Source of the DNA: Rhodospirillales bacterium
Lineage (GTDB): Bacteria > Pseudomonadota > Alphaproteobacteria > Rhodospirillales > UBA2165
NCBI GenBank assembly: GCA_028345065.1
Contig: JAOMCN010000006.1
Location: 9,941 to 73,940 of the forward strand
Reading direction: 5' to 3'
Length of the DNA: 64,000 bases
Below are positions 27,242 to 37,050 of this stretch, in pieces. Positions within the stretch are counted from its first letter, which is position 1. Every line of letters starts with the position of its first letter. The notes under the pieces were generated by a model. It was not told the DNA's origin, did not search any database, and saw nothing but the letters and a program-made list of their open reading frames with translations. The position numbers were made by a program, and so were the translations under genes.

Positions 27242-29381
27242 TGCATCTCTGGAAAAGAGCCCCAATGTCGACGACTGGCTTACCATCTCATCGGATGATG
27301 TAATCACCATTCGCACTGGAAAGGTGGACATTGGACAGCGTATTTCAACGTCCTTAGCCATTGTCGCCGCCGAAGAATTAGATGTCGACTATGACCGCAT
27401 CCATGTCGAACGCACGCGGACTGGGGAAGCGCCCGATGAAGGTGTGACGGCGGGTAGCAATTCTATGGAACAGTCAGCCACCGCCATTCGTGCTGCCAGC
27501 GCTACCGCACGCCATCACATGCTCCTGCTTGCAGCAAAGGCGTTGGAAGTAGACGTGAATACTCTGGAAGTCTCTGATGGGCTAATCACATCCCGCGACA
27601 TTAATCGCTCGATTACCTATAGCGACTTAATGGAAGGGAAAGATTTTGGCATTGCTGTGGACACTAATGCCAAACTCAAGGTTCCCAGCGAACAGAATGT
27701 AGTGGGTACCAAAGTGGTGCCGAAAGGCTTAAACGAAATTGTAACCGGGAAATTTCAATACGTTCACGATATGACGATGGATGGCATGATGCATGCACGG
27801 GTGGTGCGTCCGCCGCACTATCATGCCCGCTTAAAGAACCTGGATAAAAACCAACTCAAAAAATTGCAGTTGGAAGGTGTAAAAACTATTATCGATGGTA
27901 GTTTTATTGCCGTTGCTCATGAAGATGAATATCGAGCAATTAAGGCTCGTGATCGGATGGCAGCAGCCGTCACCTGGGACCTAGCTGATGGCCTTCTGGT
28001 TAATGATCTTTATGAAGCCTTATTATCAAACCCGCGTGTTAGCCACCGGCTTGTCGATGGCGTACCAGATGATGAACCCATACCTAAACTGGGAAATCCG
28101 CCTGACGAAGCCACGAAAACAATAAGTGCACGATATGAAAAACCCTATATCATGCATGCTTCAGTGGCACCTTCAGCGGCATTCGCACTCGCGGAAGCCA
28201 CAAAAATCAAAATTTGGTGTCATAGCCAAGGGGTTTATATCTTAAGGGATAGTGCTGCCGAAGCGCTTGGAATGAACTCCGAAGATCTTGTCATTACACA
28301 CGTACCGGGACCAGGTTGTTACGGACATAACGGCGCGGATGACGTCGCCTTTGATGCCGCCCTGGTCGCACGTGCATTACCAGAAATACCCGTACTTCTG
28401 AAATGGACACGCGAAGACGAACACGCCTGGGAGCCTTATGGCTCAGCCATGGTTATGGAACTTCGGGGCAGTTTGAACAAACAAGGTGACGTCATCGAGT
28501 GGTCGCATGATACTTACAGTGACACCCACAGCATGCGACCCTTTCCCGGACCAAACGGCCTCGGTCCTGGTCGACTAATTGGTAGCCGCTATATGGATCC
28601 ATCAATTCCACCGACGCCTTCGCAACCGACGGGCGGCTCACACAATGGTAAGTTTCGTAATCAAGATCCACTCTACACTTTTCCGAACCGAAGGATCGTT
28701 AAGCACCTCGTAAAAGACCTACCACTCCGCTGTTCATCACTACGCGCGCTCGGAGGCTACGCAAATATCTTCGCTCTTGAGTCTTTTATGGACGAACTTT
28801 CGTTAGAAGCGAGCATGGATGCCGTTGATTACCGCCTGATGCACCTCTCAGATGTAAGGGCTAAAAATGTAATTGAAGCTGCTGCAGAGGCTTTTGGATG
28901 GCCTGGAAAAAATTCCGAGGGCGTCGGATGTGGCCTCGCATTTGGACAATACAAGAACATCAAGACTTATGCCGCCGTCGCCATTGAAGTAGAGGTTACC
29001 GATAACGCCGAAATTAAACTCCGGCGCGCCGTCATCGCCGCGGACGCGGGCCACGTGATTGATCCTGCGGGGCTCATCGTACAACTTGAGGGTGGTGTTA
29101 TTCAGGCAGCAAGTTGGACACTCTACGAGCAGGTCTTATACGACCGTGGGGGCATCACCAGCCGTGATTGGGATAGCTACCCAATTCTACGTTTTGGAAA
29201 CGTACCATCGATTAACACAATCCTTATGGAACGTCCCGGCGAACCTTTTTTGGGGGCTGGAGAAGCAACCACAGGACCAACTGCCGCAGCAATAGCCAAC
29301 GCCGTTTACCGTGCTACTGGGCTCAGACTTAGGCGACTTCCTCTAACGCCTGAAGCTGTAAAGTTAGCGGCATTAAACTAA
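27234..29381 (+). CDS. Molybdopterin-binding large subunit, aldehyde oxidase/xanthine dehydrogenase family (IorB-like)
   Basis: 715 aa: GKVDIGQRISTSLAIVAAEEL...GSNSMEQSATAIR...GAGEATTGPTAAAIANAV. The TTG start overlaps the small-subunit stop by 8 nt. No Tat signal is visible. Confidence 0.8.
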   Translation: MTSASLEKSPNVDDWLTISSDDVITIRTGKVDIGQRISTSLAIVAAEELDVDYDRIHVERTRTGEAPDEGVTAGSNSMEQSATAIRAASATARHHMLLLAAKALEVDVNTLEVSDGLITSRDINRSITYSDLMEGKDFGIAVDTNAKLKVPSEQNVVGTKVVPKGLNEIVTGKFQYVHDMTMDGMMHARVVRPPHYHARLKNLDKNQLKKLQLEGVKTIIDGSFIAVAHEDEYRAIKARDRMAAAVTWDLADGLLVNDLYEALLSNPRVSHRLVDGVPDDEPIPKLGNPPDEATKTISARYEKPYIMHASVAPSAAFALAEATKIKIWCHSQGVYILRDSAAEALGMNSEDLVITHVPGPGCYGHNGADDVAFDAALVARALPEIPVLLKWTREDEHAWEPYGSAMVMELRGSLNKQGDVIEWSHDTYSDTHSMRPFPGPNGLGPGRLIGSRYMDPSIPPTPSQPTGGSHNGKFRNQDPLYTFPNRRIVKHLVKDLPLRCSSLRALGGYANIFALESFMDELSLEASMDAVDYRLMHLSDVRAKNVIEAAAEAFGWPGKNSEGVGCGLAFGQYKNIKTYAAVAIEVEVTDNAEIKLRRAVIAADAGHVIDPAGLIVQLEGGVIQAASWTLYEQVLYDRGGITSRDWDSYPILRFGNVPSINTILMERPGEPFLGAGEATTGPTAAAIANAVYRATGLRLRRLPLTPEAVKLAALN

Positions 29382-29387
29382 ACCAAC

Positions 29388-30305
29388 ATGATGACGAACA
29401 TTAAACTCGCTGGATATCAGCCACATAGTTCACTCCTTAGCCAGACTTTGAAACTGTTCTCTGACTTTATCCAAAAACAGTTGCCTGACAACGTAAGCAT
29501 CAAAATTACAAATAACATTATGGACCTTGGGTATGCTCCTGGAGCGATGCCCGATGCCATCGCATCTGGCAATTTTGATATAGGATATATAGCTACAAGC
29601 TATTTTGCCAAACCTATTCCTCAACTTTATATCTTTGACCTTCCGTTTTTATTTAGAAATAGGATCGAGGCTTATCGATTGGTAGATGGACCATTTACCA
29701 GCATGGTCGCCTCGCAGTTTGAAAAAAAAACCGATCTGAAACTATTGAACATCTGGGAATATGGCTACCGGCATTTTACGAATGACAGTCATCCCATCCG
29801 TAGACCGACAGATTGCCATAACTTACCTATCAGAACTCTATTGAATGAGCTTCATCCTATAATGTTTAAATCTCTGGGGTTCAAACCCGTAACCCTGCAG
29901 GTAAATGAGTTCCTAAAGCAACTCAAAGCCGGCAGAAAGATTGCCCAAGAGAATGCCCTAACCAATTATTACAACTTTGGCATTCATCAATTCCATCATC
30001 ATATAACTTTATCCGGCCACCTCCTCGGAATGGCAATATTGATATGTAAGAGGGAACTATTTGAAAATTGGCCTAGGGAGGTCCAGGAGGTAGTAACTGC
30101 GGCCGCGTTCCACGCAACACTAAAACAACGAGAGATAGCTGTAATTGAGGAAGAGGTTGTTCTTAAGAAATTTTCACCAGACAACTATAAAATTCATAAA
30201 TTGACGGATGAGGAAAAATCTTTATTCGAGGACGCCTTAATTACCCCGACAAAACCCTTTCGTGAAAAAATTGGAAAATCTACACTAGCAATGTTGGGAG
30301 CGTAA
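29388..30305 (+). CDS. DctP-type TRAP solute-binding protein homologue without a signal peptide
   Basis: IKLAGYQPHSS...ASGNFDIGYIA...IFDLPFLFRN...LKLLNIWEYGYRHFTN...LPIRT...AQENALTNYYNFGIHQ follows the DctP family pattern. The ORF starts 6 nt after the Mo-subunit stop, so there is no room for a leader peptide. Confidence 0.65.
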   Translation: MMTNIKLAGYQPHSSLLSQTLKLFSDFIQKQLPDNVSIKITNNIMDLGYAPGAMPDAIASGNFDIGYIATSYFAKPIPQLYIFDLPFLFRNRIEAYRLVDGPFTSMVASQFEKKTDLKLLNIWEYGYRHFTNDSHPIRRPTDCHNLPIRTLLNELHPIMFKSLGFKPVTLQVNEFLKQLKAGRKIAQENALTNYYNFGIHQFHHHITLSGHLLGMAILICKRELFENWPREVQEVVTAAAFHATLKQREIAVIEEEVVLKKFSPDNYKIHKLTDEEKSLFEDALITPTKPFREKIGKSTLAMLGA

Positions 30306-30415
30306 AAGAGTACGATAGTCATCTCCAAACATCACATTCTTCCCATAGCTCTAGCGAACGCTTTGTATATTGTAGCTGGGTAAGCAATGCTAACATCGGT
30401 TCAAGTTTAACTTTG

Positions 30416-30499
30416 TTACAACTGGATAAATTCGATTTTCTTCCCGCCGGGATCTTTCACATCTTCCATCCACGCCAGCGCAATGCCAGAGGATATCAA
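30416..30499 (-). pseudogene. 27-codon C-terminal relic of a VOC/glyoxalase-type gene
   Basis: Minus-strand reading gives LISSGIALAWMEDVKDPGGKKIEFIQL-stop, which resembles the final beta-strands of VOC proteins (..F.DP.G..IE...). An in-frame TAG lies immediately upstream, and the MaoC-like gene ends 23 nt away. Confidence 0.3.
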
Positions 30500-30522
30500 C
30501 TAGATCAACTACCGGAACTCTT

Positions 30523-31041
30523 TCAATTGTCCTTGCCGGAACGACTGGCTATCATGTTTACGGCTCTTATGCTCATCACAACCACTTCGTCTTGATTTAT
30601 AATCTCACAAAACGTTTTAACCACACCCCGGTCCGGTTTTGATTTAGAGCGCTTCACCTCATTGATTGTCACCTGACCTTTGAGGATATCGCCGGGTCGC
30701 ACTGGCGCATTCCATTTTAGATCGTCAAATCCTGGAGAAGCCATACTAGATGCGTTGGATAGATAGTGCGTGGCGAAAAGCCGCATAAAAATACTGCCGG
30801 TAAACCAACCGCTTGCAATAAGTCCCTTAAATGGTCCCGCCTTCGCCTTGGCCTCATTTACGTGCATGTCCTGAGGATCAAACCTTTTCGCAAATTCAAC
30901 CATCTCCTTGCCGTCTACTTCAATTTCACCCAGCACGTAAACTGCGCCTTCTGTATAATCTTCCAAGTAGCGTTCCCGCTCGAGTGATGTGAATGGCAAG
31001 TCTTTGTTTTCAATTATCATTAATAGGTTTCCCGATTGCAA
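30523..31041 (-). CDS. MaoC-like dehydratase (hotdog fold)
   Basis: FAKRFDPQDMHVNEAKAKAGPFKGLIASGWFT... Confidence 0.75.
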   Translation of the reverse strand: MQSGNLLMIIENKDLPFTSLERERYLEDYTEGAVYVLGEIEVDGKEMVEFAKRFDPQDMHVNEAKAKAGPFKGLIASGWFTGSIFMRLFATHYLSNASSMASPGFDDLKWNAPVRPGDILKGQVTINEVKRSKSKPDRGVVKTFCEIINQDEVVVMSIRAVNMIASRSGKDN

Positions 31042-31066
31042 TTAAAGTATGAAGCCGTCCCGAAAA

Positions 31067-31921
31067 TCACTCAAGCGGCTTAAGTGTAAGTCCGAGTGGT
31101 CTGCCAACGCGTAGCGCTACATCGTCAGGAGGCAAGCTTTCATCCCAATTTGACGCGTCATAGCGCATACCCGTTGTGTTCCCAGAATCGTCCGAAACAA
31201 GCCAGCAAATTGGAGCGACCATTTTATACGGCTCAACCATACCGCCAACAGCTTCAGACGCAATGGCACGGTCTTCGGAAATTTCAAAACCCTCTGTATT
31301 CGCTGCGCCTCCAGGGTTTAGTATGTTTACTGTAACCCCCGTATCCTCTAAATCTTTGACCCAAACCTCAGAAGCATTTTCAAGGGCGGCTTTTGATGGA
31401 CCGTAAGGGGAGGCACCAGGCATAGTCATTGTTTCGATCCTGGTAGTTACATTCACAAGGCGCCCATCCCCTTGCCTAATTAAGTGCGGTGTTACCAGCC
31501 TAGCCATACGGTCGGCCGCAACAAAGTTAGTATCCATAACATTTTGGACAACATCATCTGACAACTCAAAAAACTTTTCTGAATACCCGCGACGATAACG
31601 ATGGGGCGCAATATAGGTGAAAGTTAAACCGGCATTGTTTACCAATCCAAAGAGACTACTGAATGTTGAAATTGTCGTATCTACAATTTCACGGCACGCA
31701 TCAGGGAAACGTATATCCGCCAGTAACGCTATAAACCTTCCCTCATAGTTCAACTCCTTAACTTCTTGTTCTACAGATAGGATATCATCCTGAATATTGG
31801 CAGCTATGCATACGTTTGCACCTTCACGAGCCAAGCCAAAAGCCATTGTACGACCAAGCCCACGGCCGCCGCCGGTCACAATAACGGTTTTACCTGTTAG
31901 ACTTAAATTTACCATAGCCAT
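31067..31921 (-). CDS. Short-chain dehydrogenase/reductase (SDR)
   Basis: KTVIVTGGGRGLGRTMA...VNNAG...SPYGPSKAA (YxxxK). Confidence 0.85.
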   Translation of the reverse strand: MAMVNLSLTGKTVIVTGGGRGLGRTMAFGLAREGANVCIAANIQDDILSVEQEVKELNYEGRFIALLADIRFPDACREIVDTTISTFSSLFGLVNNAGLTFTYIAPHRYRRGYSEKFFELSDDVVQNVMDTNFVAADRMARLVTPHLIRQGDGRLVNVTTRIETMTMPGASPYGPSKAALENASEVWVKDLEDTGVTVNILNPGGAANTEGFEISEDRAIASEAVGGMVEPYKMVAPICWLVSDDSGNTTGMRYDASNWDESLPPDDVALRVGRPLGLTLKPLE

Positions 31922-32196
31922 TTGCCTTCAAAGTTACCGTAAAAAATAGTTGGATCAAATGTTAAAAAAATATTTGATGTTACAACCCAAAAATAGGTCG
32001 TGTGGGAATACTTTTTACCTTTCTTCGTTCCACACACGCCTGAAAGAAATGCAAAATGCACTAATTGTATTTTTCGGGCATATCGCTACGATATCAACGT
32101 TTCCTAAATTCGTGGCCGGATTAATCAATTGTAATTGTTAAAGTATCTTTTTTAATACGTGCCGTAGATATAATATTTGTGTACCGGAGATAAAGT

Positions 32197-33324
32197 ATGA
32201 ACAACCCAATATCTGCGGTCGATCCTGACGGGCTTCTGGAGTATTCCGTAGTCTTCACCGACCGATCTCTTAATCATATGTCTCAACCCTTCCAAGAAGT
32301 GATGCGGGAAATTTCGGCAACGCTGAAAAATGTCTATAACTCTAGATCCGTCGTTATTATTCCGGGGGGTGGTACCTATGCAATGGAAGCCGTAAGCCGT
32401 CAGTTCGCAACCGGAAAAAAATGTTTGGTGATTCGAAATGGATGGTTCAGCTATCGCTGGTCTCAAATATTTGAGGCTGGGAATATCCCCTCTGAGGAAG
32501 TCGTCTTCAAAGCGCAACTTATAGAAAAAGGTAATCAGGCAGCCTTTGCGCCAGCCCCGATCGAGGAGGTCGTATCAAAGATTAAGTCGGAAAAATGTGA
32601 TGTTGTATTCGCGCCGCACGTGGAAACATCGTCCGGGATAATTCTGCCGGATGATTACATGAAAAATATTGCAGAAGCCGTGCATTCCGTTGGTGGTCTA
32701 TTTGTTCTGGATTGTATCGCTTCAGGAGCAATTTGGGTTGATATGGAAGCTATAGGCGTGGATGTGCTGATCAGCGCTCCCCAAAAGGGCTGGAGTGCAT
32801 CACCCTGTAGTGGATTAGTGACATTGAGTCCCCTGGCCCGTAGCAAAATAGATGAAACATCCAGTACCAGTTTTTCCTGTGATTTACGGAAATGGCTACA
32901 AATCATGGAAGCCTATGAGAATGGCGGCCATGCCTATCATGCGACGATGCCGACCGATGCCTTGGTCAAATTTCGGGATGCAATGAAGGAAACCGAGGAA
33001 TATGGATTTGAGAAAGTTCGATCTGAACAGTGGGCATTAGGAAAAAAAGTCCGTGAACTTTTAGTGAGTAAAGGATTTAGAAGCGTTGCTGCAGAAGGTT
33101 TTCAAGCTCCTGGCGTGGTGGTCAGCTATACCGATAATGCTGACATGCAAAACGGGAAACTATTTGCTGAATTGGGTATGCAGATTGCTGCTGGCGTTCC
33201 CTTAAAATGCAATGAACCAGAAGATTTCCAGACCTTTCGGCTTGGTTTATTCGGTTTAGATAAACTTCACAATATTGATCGCACTGTGAACAGTCTGGAA
33301 AAGGTCCTCAACCAAATTCAGTGA
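32197..33324 (+). CDS. Class V PLP aminotransferase (AGT/PhnW-like)
   Basis: FTDRSLNHMS...VIIPGGGTYAMEAV...FAPHVETSSG...DVLISAPQKGW (PLP Lys). Confidence 0.7.
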   Translation: MNNPISAVDPDGLLEYSVVFTDRSLNHMSQPFQEVMREISATLKNVYNSRSVVIIPGGGTYAMEAVSRQFATGKKCLVIRNGWFSYRWSQIFEAGNIPSEEVVFKAQLIEKGNQAAFAPAPIEEVVSKIKSEKCDVVFAPHVETSSGIILPDDYMKNIAEAVHSVGGLFVLDCIASGAIWVDMEAIGVDVLISAPQKGWSASPCSGLVTLSPLARSKIDETSSTSFSCDLRKWLQIMEAYENGGHAYHATMPTDALVKFRDAMKETEEYGFEKVRSEQWALGKKVRELLVSKGFRSVAAEGFQAPGVVVSYTDNADMQNGKLFAELGMQIAAGVPLKCNEPEDFQTFRLGLFGLDKLHNIDRTVNSLEKVLNQIQ

Positions 33325-33474
33325 AAAGATTAGAGCACGATATGGTGGCTGAGCGTTTGGAACTCACCTCCTGAGATCATACATAGACACCAAAGTTACT
33401 GTTTTTCTAATAACCGATAGAACTTTCTTTAAAGAAAAGGCTGTAACACCTACGAAACCAAGTTGGAAAATAAA

Positions 33475-34797
33475 ATGTTAGCGCGTGTTCATAAACTATT
33501 TTCTACTACCATTATTTCAGGGTTACTGGTTTGGGTGAACTCAGCACCAGTAGCTGCAGAATCTGTTGCTGAGTTCTATAAAGGTGGGTCAATCGTAATT
33601 CATATGGGATTTCCGGGGGGCGGATTCTTGGAATCAGCCAAGCTCGTTGGTAAACATATGCAAAAGCATATTCCAGGAAATCCTAAAATTATTTTTCAAG
33701 GTCGGCCAGGAAGACTCGGCACGGCAGTACTTGACTTCCTGGCATCACCTTGGGCACTTAAAGATGGTACGCATTTAGCAATGCCTGGTTCTCTTGGTCC
33801 TTGGATGCCACTCCAGACAAGTGTTCCAGTCAAGTACGATCCACTCCAAATGAACTACATAGGTAACGTTAATTCAGCTGGAGACACATTTCTGTTCGTC
33901 CGCCAAGATGTTAATATTAGAACCCTTTCAGACCTAGTTTCTAAACCACTTAAGGTTAGCAACTCTCGAGGTGCGTACAGGAATTTTGTTGCTGCGCTCA
34001 ATAACATCCTTGGAACCAAGATCACCTATGTTGGAGATTATCCGTCGCATCGTGATGCTTTTGCGGCAATGTTACGGGGAGAAACAGAAGGTGTAGCTGG
34101 AGCGGGCGTAACAGCTGGAGCAGAACACAGGCGCTATTTCCCATCTCTTCTCAAAGACCTAGAAGTTATACCGGTACTCCGATATACAGCCACCACAAAA
34201 AGTGTAGAATATCCGGGCGCCATTCTTGCCGGCATGGCGGGAACCACAGAGACTCAGAAACAGGCACTGGAGATTACCTTTGCCAGCCAGGTTTTGGATC
34301 GGCCTTTGATGGGGCCCCCAGGTATTCCCACACCTCGTTTAAAGGCGTTGCAGATCGCTTTCATGAAGGCGATGCAAGATCCAGAACTAATTGTTGAAGC
34401 CCAAGAAAAAAAGTTGGGAATAAAAGACCCTATGAGCGGACCCAACATGAAAAAATATGTGAAAACAATTTATGCCCTCCCTGAAACGGCAAAGGCCATG
34501 ACCAGAAAGGCACTAGCAGATAAGAGCTTTCTCCAACCTGTTCGCTATACGACTTTCAACGCCGAACTGTTTAAAGTCACGAAGGACGGTCGTAGCCTGA
34601 ATGCCAATTTGACGTTTAAAGACACAAAGAAAACCATCATCGTTCGGTTGGATGCGAGAACAACAAGCGTTTCAGCCTACGGTAACCAAATCAAACCGCC
34701 GCCCCTCAAAGCCGGCTCTTTAGAACCAGGTATGAAGTGTAATGTCTCCTGGACTGGCCCCAAGACAACTGCCAGTGCCTTGGTATGCAAAAAATAA
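33475..34797 (+). CDS. Periplasmic Bug/TctC-like solute-binding protein with a roughly 110-aa C-terminal extension
   Basis: Signal-like MLARVHKLFSTTIISGLLVWVNSAPVAA, then IVIHMGFPGGGFLESAKLVGKHMQKHIPGNPKIIFQGRPGRLGT...DGTHL, which follows the Bug pattern. I chose the ATG at 33475 over the TTG at 33463. Confidence 0.5.
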   Translation: MLARVHKLFSTTIISGLLVWVNSAPVAAESVAEFYKGGSIVIHMGFPGGGFLESAKLVGKHMQKHIPGNPKIIFQGRPGRLGTAVLDFLASPWALKDGTHLAMPGSLGPWMPLQTSVPVKYDPLQMNYIGNVNSAGDTFLFVRQDVNIRTLSDLVSKPLKVSNSRGAYRNFVAALNNILGTKITYVGDYPSHRDAFAAMLRGETEGVAGAGVTAGAEHRRYFPSLLKDLEVIPVLRYTATTKSVEYPGAILAGMAGTTETQKQALEITFASQVLDRPLMGPPGIPTPRLKALQIAFMKAMQDPELIVEAQEKKLGIKDPMSGPNMKKYVKTIYALPETAKAMTRKALADKSFLQPVRYTTFNAELFKVTKDGRSLNANLTFKDTKKTIIVRLDARTTSVSAYGNQIKPPPLKAGSLEPGMKCNVSWTGPKTTASALVCKK

Positions 34798-35233
34798 AAG
34801 GAAAATTGACTTTAATAGCCCTTAAGGGAATTTTTGAATACAGCCATCCGTCGAGAGCACCAGAAGTGTTCCCTTAGATGTCAACTTGACGTCCATTAGC
34901 GAAACTCCGCTTTGCCAATACCAGGCAACATCTCCGTTTCGATCCAATGCGATCAAGGCTAAATCTTAGAAGAACGAGAGATAGCTCGAATGCTTTTTCC
35001 CAAGCTCACTACTATGTAACCAGGTTCACGACGACCAGCATCGCAATGACGTATTACGATCGGAGGAAAACCGGAAGGAAGTTCAAGATTTGGCATGGTA
35101 ATCCAAAAACTCAGCCACTCCAATTATGCCCTCACTAACGACCGTTAAGGGATTATAGTTGGCAAACGTTAGCGAATATTCTCTTTCTTATGGGCAAAGA
35201 CCGGCATCAATTGACACCACGTCGGTGACCTCA

Positions 35234-35821
35234 TCAAACCGGCGGCTTCCAGTTTTTCAAGCCAATACTATCTGCTACTCTTTGACGCCATTGGTTAATA
35301 GGCTCTGCTGTCGGATATTGATGAACTATCTCCCTTGTCCGCTCAATGATTTCTTCATCTGTAAGATTGAAATCAAGCTCATCACGGAACGGCTGACCAA
35401 CATACCAATCAGTATCAACATATAGCTCGACACGGTTGCCTTCTGGATCTTTAAAATAAACACTCCATGCATTGCCATGGGTTAGAGAATACATCTCACT
35501 AATATCGGGCTCAATTTTGAGAACATCCCAAAAAGTTCGAAGGTCAGCCAATGATTCTACGAGGAACGAGATCTGGTTAATCACGTTGAATGGAATACCA
35601 TCGGGTTTTCCACCAATCAGGACCAATTGATGATGGACCATCGGATCACGGGTTAGAAAAATCAGTTCAGCCTTCAGATCGTGGCCATCAATTCGTCCTT
35701 CATCTGAGCGATGCATTTTAAAAAGTCGCTGGTAAAAATCCCCCATTCTTTCCAAATCTTTGACCCAAAATCCAAAATGAGTGAAACGAACGGTAGGAAT
35801 AGAATTTGAATTGTCTGTCAA
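35234..35821 (-). CDS. VOC (glyoxalase/extradiol dioxygenase) family protein
   Basis: FTHFGFWVKDLERMGDFY...HHQLVLI...THGNAWSVYFKDPEGNRVELY. Confidence 0.7.
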   Translation of the reverse strand: MTDNSNSIPTVRFTHFGFWVKDLERMGDFYQRLFKMHRSDEGRIDGHDLKAELIFLTRDPMVHHQLVLIGGKPDGIPFNVINQISFLVESLADLRTFWDVLKIEPDISEMYSLTHGNAWSVYFKDPEGNRVELYVDTDWYVGQPFRDELDFNLTDEEIIERTREIVHQYPTAEPINQWRQRVADSIGLKNWKPPV

Positions 35822-36115
35822 ATGTACGCTCCTGTCTTTTGTGAAATGCTAATTCTATCATTTGGAGGATTACAATGTAATTTTAGATTAATTATGCTTG
35901 TCTTCACAAATTCAAAATGTAGGGTTCACTTGCAAATTTTTTTATTCAAACTTTGCCGAAGCGGGATCCATCCCCTCCTTATTGACTCACCTCCACCAAG
36001 TAACAAATCCATCTATCAAGTCGAGATAATCAATTGAACCCTAATCAAATCTACGAAACCCACACGCTGATAGCCAAAACGGCTCAACAACTCAGCTGAT
36101 AGAACCCACATAAAA

Positions 36116-37024
36116 ATGTTTGGATCTTTGGAAAATTTCACCCAAGGACTGGCTACTCGCGTTGGTGTCAAACCAGGTAATTTTGTCGGGGTGTGCTTGG
36201 CATTGTTATCAAGTTTATCTCTCATGCTAAATGGTGCTATCGGCAAACTTTTGGCCCCCGAGTTACACCCATTCCTTATCATCTTCTTTCGATCAGCAAT
36301 AATTACATTAATCTTGTTTCCTTGGTTTACTCGGAATGGCTATGATCGCATTCGTCCAACCCGACACTGGGAACAATTCTTGAATGGTTTGGTCTTCACA
36401 TTAGCCATAGTTGGCTGGTTTTGGGCCTTACCTCGCACACCGCTCGACATGGTCGCAGCCATAGGTTTTACCAGCCAGCTTTATGCTATAATTGGTGCCA
36501 TGCTTTTCCTCGGTGAAAAGCCTAGGCTTTGGAGGTGGATTGCACTCTTTGTAGGCCTTTTCGGCGCAGTGATTATAGTAAGACCGGGGTTCATCGAACT
36601 TACACCTGGTATCATGGTACTTTTGGCAACCGCAATCTTGTTCTCGACGAATAGACTGGTCATTAAAGTCATAGCCACAAAAGATAACCCGGAAACATCA
36701 GTCGTGTGGATGGCATTTTGGGCAACGGTTCTTACCACCCCTTTAGCGGTTCTCTATTGGAAAATACCTGATTTTATGCAAATTTTTCTCCTCGTCTCCA
36801 TCGCTTTATTGACAATTGTGACCCATTATAGTTTGGCGTGGGCTCTGAAACTTGGTGATATCGGAGCCATTGAACCGACCATCTTTATGCGATTGGTTTG
36901 GGGAGTTATTTTAGGATATTTCCTATTCCAAGATATTCCTGATTTTTTCACTATATTTGGCGGATTGATCGTATTTGGCTCAATCATCTATATTGCCCGA
37001 CGTGAGCGTCAAGAAGACAATTAG
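36116..37024 (+). CDS. DMT superfamily (EamA-type) transporter
   Basis: About 10 hydrophobic helices with duplicated EamA-like halves. Confidence 0.7.
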   Translation: MFGSLENFTQGLATRVGVKPGNFVGVCLALLSSLSLMLNGAIGKLLAPELHPFLIIFFRSAIITLILFPWFTRNGYDRIRPTRHWEQFLNGLVFTLAIVGWFWALPRTPLDMVAAIGFTSQLYAIIGAMLFLGEKPRLWRWIALFVGLFGAVIIVRPGFIELTPGIMVLLATAILFSTNRLVIKVIATKDNPETSVVWMAFWATVLTTPLAVLYWKIPDFMQIFLLVSIALLTIVTHYSLAWALKLGDIGAIEPTIFMRLVWGVILGYFLFQDIPDFFTIFGGLIVFGSIIYIARRERQEDN

Positions 37025-37050
37025 AGGACAGGAATGGAGGAAATTCCAGA

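Noticed and set aside
31950-32141. 63-aa ORF in the divergent SDR / aminotransferase spacer, plus small palindromes there (for example ATATCG-N3-CGATAT at 32080-32094).
   Set aside because: The ORF has no ribosome-binding site and a non-ATG start, with AT-rich promoter-like sequence. The palindromes are short enough to occur by chance, so I did not call them as features.
34822-35096. Possible decayed gene on the minus strand. It reads MPNLELPSGFPPIVIRHCDAGRREPGYIVVSLGK..., then in a second frame ...ALDRNGDVAWYWQSGVSLMDVKLTSKGTLLVLSTDGCIQKFP. This is faintly reminiscent of beta-propeller/arylsulfotransferase-like N-termini.
   Set aside because: The reading needs a frameshift and ends after about 90 residues, and my family recognition is too weak to call a pseudogene.
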